Below, in pieces: positions 57,053 through 64,000 of a DNA stretch of 64,000 nt (its first letter is position 1; every line of letters starts with the position of its first letter). Made by a program: the position numbers and the translations under genes. The DNA comes from an uncultured Planctomycetota bacterium (GTDB taxonomy: Bacteria; Planctomycetota; Planctomycetia; Isosphaerales; Isosphaeraceae): NCBI GenBank assembly GCA_963823665.1, contig CAWGMQ010000003.1, positions 1 through 64,000 of the forward strand, in the 5' to 3' direction. The notes beneath the pieces are model-generated. The model did no database searches. It was not told the DNA's origin and worked only from the letters and a program-made list of their open reading frames with translations.

Positions 57053-57425
57053 GACTCACCTCGGCGGGCACTTCGCCCGCAACAGACTCTCGATCAACCC
57101 GGCCGGCGATGTCATTGAGCTGGCCAGGCACCCTATTCTAGGGAAGCAGCAAGCGTTCCGCAAACGCCCATCCCGAGACGGGTGCCGAAAAGCGCTCGGC
57201 AACGGATCAGACCTGCCTTCGTACCGATCAGCAACAGCGAGAGCGGTGCCAGCGGAAATGGGGTATCCCCGATCCTCCCTCCATCCTCCGCGCTCCTCTG
57301 ATCGGTCGCTTGCACGCTTCTACATGGGTGATTAAACGAAACTCTAGCCATTCTATGCAAGATAGGCGAGAATAGCAGTTTCGCGAAGACTGGTCAGGGT
57401 CAGGGCCTCTTCTGGAGCCGAGACC

Positions 57426-57653
57426 ATGCCCACGCAGTACCAGGTCATATCGCCGGACGGAACTTTGGTCGGCGAAGGTACTTCCATCGATGAAGTCGTC
57501 GAAGTCGTGCGCCGTGCGCAGCCCGGTCGATATCGCGTCGATATCGTCAAATCGGAAGCCGATCCCGCGCAAAGGTCCTCGCGCATCTGGGGAGAGGTCA
57601 TCAAAACAGTGCGCGGACGGATCAAATTAAGCGCTCCGCCGTGGGCCGATTGA
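57426..57653 (+). CDS. Small hypothetical protein
   Basis: 75-aa ORF with GGAG RBS and typical codon style. Confidence 0.6.
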   Translation: MPTQYQVISPDGTLVGEGTSIDEVVEVVRRAQPGRYRVDIVKSEADPAQRSSRIWGEVIKTVRGRIKLSAPPWAD

Positions 57654-57754
57654 CGTGCGGCCACGTCCCCACCGGACGAGAATTGCCATCGGGACGAGTT
57701 CGCGTCACAACCCGGTTGTTGCCGTTCGCCGCTTCGATATCGCGCATTGGGAAA

Positions 57755-58255
57755 TCAGCAGAATACCAGTTCATAATAAATGAGCGGCGTCGCCCGGTAC
57801 GTCACCCGTCCGACCTCCCGAAATCCGCATTTCGCGTAAAACTCTCCCGCTCCTGCCGCGGTGTTGTACGCGTCAAGCCGGATCGCATCGCCCGGCCACG
57901 CTCGCGCGATTTGCTTCGCGTCGTCGAGCATCGCCCGGCCGATTCCCGTGCGCTGCTGGCAAGGCTCCACGGCCATCGCCGTCAAATAGAGCGGCCGCTC
58001 ACACTTCGTGAAGTACGACTTGTCGATCGCCCACGGCTTCGTCGTCGCCAGCCGGAGACTGCCGACAACCTTGATGCCGCTCTTGGCCACGAAGACGCGC
58101 GAGGTTCGCAGCGCGAACAGGACGCCTTTCTCCGAAACATGAGACGACCAGTGGCCGCGGCCGAACTCGTCCGTGAGCCGATCGGCGACCGCCGTGTGCA
58201 GCTCCGCGATGGCCGCAGCATCGGCCGGCGTGGCTTCGGCAAGTCTGACGTTCAC
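57755..58255 (-). CDS. GNAT-family N-acetyltransferase
   Basis: MAVEPCQQRTGIGRAM, FYAKCGF. Confidence 0.88.
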   Translation of the reverse strand: MNVRLAEATPADAAAIAELHTAVADRLTDEFGRGHWSSHVSEKGVLFALRTSRVFVAKSGIKVVGSLRLATTKPWAIDKSYFTKCERPLYLTAMAVEPCQQRTGIGRAMLDDAKQIARAWPGDAIRLDAYNTAAGAGEFYAKCGFREVGRVTYRATPLIYYELVFC

Positions 58256-58348
58256 TTGACCATCTCCCGCGACCGTAGCAAACTGAAACGATCGCCATCC
58301 AGATCGCCCGACTGGTTTCTTCCCGTCATCTAGCCGGAAAGGGTTGCC

Positions 58349-59050
58349 ATGCAGCCTCTGCTGGTCTTGCTGACCGCGCACTTCGGATTGGTTTTCGCGG
58401 CCGTGCTCTCCGGCGACGACCAAGAAATCAAGTTCGCCGATTGCCCCGCGGCCGTTCGCAAGTCACTCGAAGCCGAATCCAAGGGGGCGAAGATCGAGAC
58501 GGTGACCAAGGAAACGGGTGACGACGAGCAGACAGTCTACTGGGCCGAAGTCAAGCTCGGCGGTCGCCCGTACGCAATCGGCGTGCTCGAAGATGGCACG
58601 CTGAGTGAAGTTAACCTCGCGGTTGATGATGCCGAAATACCCCTCGATAAATGCCCCGCCGCCGTTCGAACGACTCTACGCGACGAATGCTTCGGCGAGA
58701 AGATCACAGATGTCGGTAAGGACATCAAATACGGAGTCACGGTCTACGAGACACTCGTCGCGCATGCCGGCAAGTCCTACCAGCTCGTCGTTGCGGAGGA
58801 CGGGACGCTCGTCGAAAAAGTCCTCGTCATCACCGACGAGGAAGTCACGCTCGACAAGTGCCCCCTCGAGGTGAGAACCGCCTTGCGCGAGTGCGCGAAG
58901 GGTGGAACGATCGGGGACATAACCCGGTCGACCGGTCTTGGCCGCCAAACCTACGAAGCCGAGGTCAAGTCGAAGGACAGCATTTACTTGATCGAAGTCG
59001 CCGACGATGGGCACCTGATCTCGAAATCCCTGGAAGCTGCCGAGGAATGA
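58349..59050 (+). CDS. Secreted PepSY/BLIP-like repeat protein
   Basis: Three ~65-aa repeats of CPAAVR..YE..V.EDG.L. Confidence 0.75.
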   Translation: MQPLLVLLTAHFGLVFAAVLSGDDQEIKFADCPAAVRKSLEAESKGAKIETVTKETGDDEQTVYWAEVKLGGRPYAIGVLEDGTLSEVNLAVDDAEIPLDKCPAAVRTTLRDECFGEKITDVGKDIKYGVTVYETLVAHAGKSYQLVVAEDGTLVEKVLVITDEEVTLDKCPLEVRTALRECAKGGTIGDITRSTGLGRQTYEAEVKSKDSIYLIEVADDGHLISKSLEAAEE

Positions 59051-59064
59051 CCGGCGGTCCGATC

Positions 59065-60087
59065 TCAGCGTATCGACAACGCGACGTGCAGTTCCTGAAT
59101 CGCGTGCATGACGTGCCCTCGTGCTCGCCCCTGCCCCAGCGTGTATCCCCCCTGCCCCCCGAGCTGCATGTTAATCCCCTGCAGCGTCCGCAGCGCGTGG
59201 CTCATCCGAATATCCGACTGCGCCTGCGACATCCGCCCCGCCCCCCCGCCGCCAACGCCGCCACCTCTTCTTCCCATCCCCATCCCCCCTCCCATCCCCA
59301 TTCCGCGGTTCATCCCGGATGCGAATCCCGCCCCGTTGTAGATCATCGACCGGTGCGATAGTTGGCGAATCGCCATCGAGATCGCGTGCATCGCCCGAAC
59401 GCGATGCCCCCGGTAATCGTGATCGAGCCGGGCGAGCTGCCCGAGGACCGATCGCAGCCGCCCGACGATCCCACGGTTGTAACCCTGCGACCGCCCATAC
59501 CGGTAGCGGCGGCCATAATAGTGGTTTCGGTAGCCAGCGCCGTAACCGTAAGCCCGATAGAGACGAGCGTTTGGGCCGTAGCCGTATGTGTAGCCCGTCC
59601 CGTAAAGCCCGCCTGGGCTGTTGTTCGTCGCGCCAGTGCCGGTCGTCGCCAGGTTGTGCGTCGCGCCAGTGCCGGTCGTCGCCAGGTTGTGCGTCGCGCC
59701 AGTGCCGGTCGTCGCCAGATTTTGCCCGCCGGCGGTGTGGTTCTTTCCGTGACTGACAGTCGAGCCGGCCTTGTTCGTGGCAACATTCGCGTGACTCGCG
59801 TGTCCCGAGCTCCGCGCCGGCGCTTTGATTCGAGGCATGCGCGGCGCCTTGAACCCCCCGTGCGACCCGGAAACCCGCGGCGCATGCCCGCCATGTCCAC
59901 CGCCATGCCCGCCCCCGTGGCCCACCCAGGCATTCGCTTCGGGCCCCATCAGCAATAACCCGGCCAGAACGAACACCACAAGCAGAGTCGCCTTTCGCTC
60001 CGCGAAAGTGCGTCCTCCTATCAAAAACGACCGCGCCACAACGGACGCCAGCAACCCCGCTTGCTTGCCGCTCGATCGCCTTTTCAT
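59065..60087 (-). CDS. Secreted Gly/His/Tyr-rich hypothetical protein
   Basis: Signal ending EANA; GGHG tract; NLATTGTGATH repeats; DHDYRGHRVRAM..helical C-terminus. Confidence 0.7.
   Translation of the reverse strand: MKRRSSGKQAGLLASVVARSFLIGGRTFAERKATLLVVFVLAGLLLMGPEANAWVGHGGGHGGGHGGHAPRVSGSHGGFKAPRMPRIKAPARSSGHASHANVATNKAGSTVSHGKNHTAGGQNLATTGTGATHNLATTGTGATHNLATTGTGATNNSPGGLYGTGYTYGYGPNARLYRAYGYGAGYRNHYYGRRYRYGRSQGYNRGIVGRLRSVLGQLARLDHDYRGHRVRAMHAISMAIRQLSHRSMIYNGAGFASGMNRGMGMGGGMGMGRRGGGVGGGGAGRMSQAQSDIRMSHALRTLQGINMQLGGQGGYTLGQGRARGHVMHAIQELHVALSIR
59626..59718. repeat. 33-bp coding tandem repeat, ~3 copies
   Basis: cgtcgcgccagtgccggtcgtcgccaggttgtg repeated. Confidence 0.9.
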
Positions 60088-60362
60088 GGTGAAGAACCCC
60101 GGCGAGATGCGAGTACCCTGAAATCCCCCAGATTCCCGCGCAGTCCGAGTGTGCGGCGTGAACCGCCGCCAAACCCTGAAGTACCACAATCGTCGCTCGG
60201 ATAACCCATCTAACACCGCACCGAAACAAAAGTCTCGCAGCATGCTGCTAGTGTCCGGCCCCACCCCACTACCGCCTTCCCTTTTGACCAACCGCAAGTG
60301 AAAAATAGACCCGAATGCCAACTTACAACTCACCACTGACAACTGACCACTGACAAACCACA

Positions 60363-61307
60363 ATGCCCCTCACAGCCGCCTTGCTGGCAATGATCGTTGC
60401 TTTTCTCCAAGACGAGCCCGACTCCTCGAGCATCGTCGCCGCCGGCGCCAAGCTGGAAAAGGTCTGGGGCGACGGCTCGTTCACGGAAGGGGGCGCGCTT
60501 GACCAGGACGGCACGATGCTCTTTTCCGACATCGGCAACCGGATCATGCGGTTCGACCCGCGAACCGGCCGCACCTCCGTCTTTCGCGAGCCGAGCGGCC
60601 GCGCCAACGGGATGGTCTTCGACGGCCTCGGCCGCCTGATCGTCGCCGAGGGAGCCAACACCGGCGGCGGCCGCCGCGTCTCGGTCACCGACCGCGATGG
60701 CACGATTCGCAAGCTCGCCGACAGCTACGACAACAAGCGGTTCAACAGCCCCAACGACGTCGCCGTCGATCGCGAAGGACATGTGTATGTCTCCGACCCG
60801 CGCTACGTCGGCGACGAGCCTCGCGAGCTCGATTCGGAAGGAGTCTACTTGATCGGACTCCAGGGCGACGTCATCCCGCTTTTGACCACGGCAATTAAAC
60901 CCAATGGCCTGGCGATCTCGCCCGACGAGAAGACACTGTACATTTCCGACAACGGCTCCAGGCGGCGGGCGTTGATCGCGGCCGTTCGAGGGCCGGACGG
61001 CAAGGTTTCGAAAGCTCACGTCATCCATGACTTCGGCGCCGGCCGCGGAATCGACGGCATGACCGTCACCACCGACGGCCGGATCGTTGCCGCCGCGGCC
61101 TTGGACGGCAAGCCCGCTGTGATCGTCCTCTCGCCCGAGGGAAAAATCCTGGGCGGCATCGCCGTCCCCGAAGCACCCGCCAATGTCGAATTCGGCGGCG
61201 ACGACGGTAAGACGCTCTACATTTGCGCGGGAAAGAGCCTTTACCGGGTCAACACGACGATGACCGGCTATCGTCTAGGGCCTCCCCCGAAGAGAAACAG
61301 GAGTTAG
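60363..61307 (+). CDS. SMP-30/gluconolactonase/LRE-family protein
   Basis: [33 protein letters not shown]. Confidence 0.92.
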   Translation: MPLTAALLAMIVAFLQDEPDSSSIVAAGAKLEKVWGDGSFTEGGALDQDGTMLFSDIGNRIMRFDPRTGRTSVFREPSGRANGMVFDGLGRLIVAEGANTGGGRRVSVTDRDGTIRKLADSYDNKRFNSPNDVAVDREGHVYVSDPRYVGDEPRELDSEGVYLIGLQGDVIPLLTTAIKPNGLAISPDEKTLYISDNGSRRRALIAAVRGPDGKVSKAHVIHDFGAGRGIDGMTVTTDGRIVAAAALDGKPAVIVLSPEGKILGGIAVPEAPANVEFGGDDGKTLYICAGKSLYRVNTTMTGYRLGPPPKRNRS

Positions 61308-61315
61308 ATCACGCG

Positions 61316-62152
61316 ATGCGCTTCACCAAGATGCACGGAATCGGCAACGATTACGTGTATGTCAGCACCTTCGACCAGCGCCCGCCGAGTGACCCCATCG
61401 CACTGGCGCGCGCCGTGAGCGACCGCCACACCGGCGTCGGCGGCGACGGCCTCATCATGATCATGCCGTCCGAACGCGCAGATGCGAAAATGCGAATGTT
61501 CAACGCCGACGGCTCCGAAGGCGAGATGTGCGGCAACGGCGTTCGCTGCGTCGCCAAGTACCTGTTCGACCATGGTATCGCCCAGAAGCAGCAGTTGACG
61601 ATCGAGACCGGCCGCGGAATCCTCACCCTCGATCTCGAGATCGACGGCCGCCGCGTGAAACGCGTCCGGGTCGACATGGGCACGCCCATCCTCTCCGCCG
61701 CCCTGATCCCGACGCTCCTGCCCGGCGACCCGCCGATTGACGCCCCGATCGAGGTCGGCGAGGGAACACTCCACGTCACCGCAGTCTCGATGGGCAACCC
61801 CCACATCGTCACTTACGACCCGGATGTCGCGTCGTTTCCGCTGGAAACCGTCGGCCCGTTACTCGAGCACCACACGGCATTCCCGCGCCGCGTGAACGTG
61901 CACGTGGTCGAGGTGAAGAGCCCCAGCGAGGTCACCATGCGCACCTGGGAGCGCGGCTCCGGCATCACTTTGGCGTGCGGCACGGGAGCTTGCGCCGTCT
62001 GCGTCGCCGGCGTTCTTACGGGCCGCACCGGACGCACTTTGCTCGCCCACCTCCCCGGCGGCGACCTCGAGCTCCACTGGCCCGGCGATGGCTCGCCCGT
62101 CTTCATGACCGGCCCAGCAACCGAGGTGTTTTCGGGTGAGTGGCCAGGTTGA
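61316..62152 (+). CDS. dapF: Diaminopimelate epimerase
   Basis: [43 protein letters not shown]. Confidence 0.97.
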   Translation: MRFTKMHGIGNDYVYVSTFDQRPPSDPIALARAVSDRHTGVGGDGLIMIMPSERADAKMRMFNADGSEGEMCGNGVRCVAKYLFDHGIAQKQQLTIETGRGILTLDLEIDGRRVKRVRVDMGTPILSAALIPTLLPGDPPIDAPIEVGEGTLHVTAVSMGNPHIVTYDPDVASFPLETVGPLLEHHTAFPRRVNVHVVEVKSPSEVTMRTWERGSGITLACGTGACAVCVAGVLTGRTGRTLLAHLPGGDLELHWPGDGSPVFMTGPATEVFSGEWPG

Positions 62153-62401
62153 ATACCGCGGGACGCGCTCCGTCGTAGCAGGCGCACTTCGTGTGCCGCT
62201 TCCGTCGTCCCGACTTTTTCAAAAACAAGTCCAGCGGCGAGAATGTCGAAGGGCTTTCATATTTCGGGCACGATAGCTAGCGTGCATCTCAAACACAAGA
62301 TTTCGAGAATTCGACGCGTTCTGTCGTAATCGGCTGACGGCGCAACGATGTTATGTCGCGAGGCAACTTGCCGTTTTTTTTGGGGGCGCCGCGGTTTAAT
62401 T

Positions 62402-64000
62402 TCACGCATTGGCAGCGGCATTGTCGGCGATCGCAAGCTCCGCATCCCCCGCCTGTCTACGCTGAACGTAGATGATGCCGCGATTGACGCGAGCCTGCGC
62501 CCGCTGGTCGGCGGGAGCATCGCTCATCTCGATCACGGCGGTGTAGTCGGCGATCGCAAGCTCCGCATCCCCTGCCTGTCCACGCTTGCCGTAGGCGAAG
62601 CCGCGACTGAAGCGAGCCCTCGCCCGTTGGTCTGCGGGAGCATCGGTCATCCCGATCACGGCGGTGTAGTCGGCGATCGCAAGCTCCGCATCCCCCGACC
62701 GCCCACGCTGGCCGTAGGCGATGCCGCGATTGAAGCGAGCCCTCGCCCGCTGGTCTGCGGGAGCATCGGTCATCCCGATCACGGCGGTGTAGTCGGTGAT
62801 CGCAAGCTCCGCATCGCCCGACCGCCCACGCTGGCCGTAGGCGAAGCCGCGATTGAAGCGAGCCCTCGCCCGCTGGTCTGCGGGAGCATCGGTCATCTCG
62901 ATCACGGCGGTGTAGTCGGCGATCGCAAGCTCGGCATCCCCCGCCTGCCCATGCTGGCCGTAGGCGATGCCGCGACTGCCGCGAGCCTTCGCCCGCTGGT
63001 CTGCGGGAGCATCGCTCATCTCGATCACGGCGGTGTAGTCGGCGATCTCAAGCTCCACATCCCCCGCCTGCCCATGCTGGCCGTAGGCGATGCCGCGGTT
63101 GACGCGAGCCTTCCCCCGCTGGTCTGCGGGAGCATCGCTCATCTCGATCACGGCGGTGTAGTCGGCGATCTCAAGCTCCACATCCCCCGACTGCCCACGC
63201 TGGCCGTAGGCGAAGCCGCGGTTGAGGTGAGCGTTCGCCCGCTGGTCTGCGGGAGCGTCGGTGATCTCGATCACGGCGGTGTAGTCGGCGATCGCAAGCT
63301 CCACATCCCCCGACTGCCCACGCCCGCCGTAGGTGATGCCGCGATTGACGCGAGCGTTCGCCCGCTGGTCCGCCGGAGCATCGGTCATCTCGATCACGGC
63401 GGTGTAGTCGGCGATCGCAAGCTCCGCATCCCCCGCCTGCCCACGCTGGCCGTAGGTGATGCCGCGATTGACGCGGGCCTTCGCCCGCTGGTCTGCGGGA
63501 GCATCGGTCATCTCGATCACGGCGGTGTAGTCGGCGATCGCAAGCTCCACTTCCCCCGCCTGCCCACGCTGGCCGTAGGTGATGCCGCGATTGACGCGAG
63601 CCTTCGCCCGCTGGTCTGCGGGAGCATCGGTCATCTCGATCACGGCGGTGTAGTCGGCGATCGCAAGCTCCACTTCCCCCGCCTGCCCACGCTGGCCGTA
63701 GACGTAGCCGCGGCCGATGCGAGCCATCGCCCGCTGGTCTGCGGGAGCATCGGGCATCTCGATCACGGCGGTGAAGTCGGCGATCTCAAGCTCCACATCC
63801 CCCGCCTGCCCACGCTGGCCGTAGGCGTAGCCGCGAATGACGCGAGCCTTCGCCCGCTGGTCTGCGGGAGCATCGGTCATCTCAATCACGGCGGTGTAGT
63901 CGGCGATCGCAAGCTCCACATCCCCCGCCTGCCCACGCTGGCCGTAGGCGATGCCGCGAATGACGCGAACCTGCGCCCGCTGGTCTGCGGGAGCATTGGG
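62402..64000 (-). CDS. TPR-like protein built from ~13 near-identical 41-aa (123-bp) tandem repeats; 5' end outside window
   Basis: Unit GDxELAIADYTAVIEMTDAPADQRAxARxxRGxxYGQRGQA; DNA period 123 bp. Confidence 0.92.
   Translation of the reverse strand, partial: PNAPADQRAQVRVIRGIAYGQRGQAGDVELAIADYTAVIEMTDAPADQRAKARVIRGYAYGQRGQAGDVELEIADFTAVIEMPDAPADQRAMARIGRGYVYGQRGQAGEVELAIADYTAVIEMTDAPADQRAKARVNRGITYGQRGQAGEVELAIADYTAVIEMTDAPADQRAKARVNRGITYGQRGQAGDAELAIADYTAVIEMTDAPADQRANARVNRGITYGGRGQSGDVELAIADYTAVIEITDAPADQRANAHLNRGFAYGQRGQSGDVELEIADYTAVIEMSDAPADQRGKARVNRGIAYGQHGQAGDVELEIADYTAVIEMSDAPADQRAKARGSRGIAYGQHGQAGDAELAIADYTAVIEMTDAPADQRARARFNRGFAYGQRGRSGDAELAITDYTAVIGMTDAPADQRARARFNRGIAYGQRGRSGDAELAIADYTAVIGMTDAPADQRARARFSRGFAYGKRGQAGDAELAIADYTAVIEMSDAPADQRAQARVNRGIIYVQRRQAGDAELAIADNAAANA

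Noticed and set aside
60320..60358. Short heptamer-like runs (caactgaccactgacaa; similar at ~25810)
   Set aside because: Low-complexity intergenic microrepeats with no further structure.
62402..64000. Diversity-generating retroelement acting on the repeats
   Set aside because: No reverse transcriptase or separate template repeat is seen in the window, and I could not show adenine-specific variation.

Overview
High-GC bacterial DNA, most likely a planctomycete (Isosphaeraceae-like; inferred from gene content and repeat style). Single-base frameshifts occur throughout, including in prfA, prmC, lon and rpmE, so most are probably sequencing or consensus errors. The right half (~30.6-62 kb) is mostly housekeeping: trmB, hisE, mnmA, dsbD-like, prmC-prfA-rpmE, lon, dapF, thioredoxins and glycosyltransferases. 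The left half (~3.5-28 kb) is an accessory region of unrelated secreted or membrane genes, gene fragments and internally deleted genes. The main unexplained signal is a 140-bp non-coding element present 7 times between 4.5 and 26 kb (4 full copies of exactly 140 bp, 3 right-end-only copies). All copies are co-oriented, have imperfect terminal inverted repeats plus a third internal core site, lack target-site duplications, and separate blocks of cargo genes, like an integron-type cassette array. No recombinase or transposase is seen in the window. Also notable: a TPR-like protein of near-identical 41-aa repeats varying on one helix face, genes reduced to N-terminus plus C-terminus, and REP-like palindromes read in frame inside ORFs.
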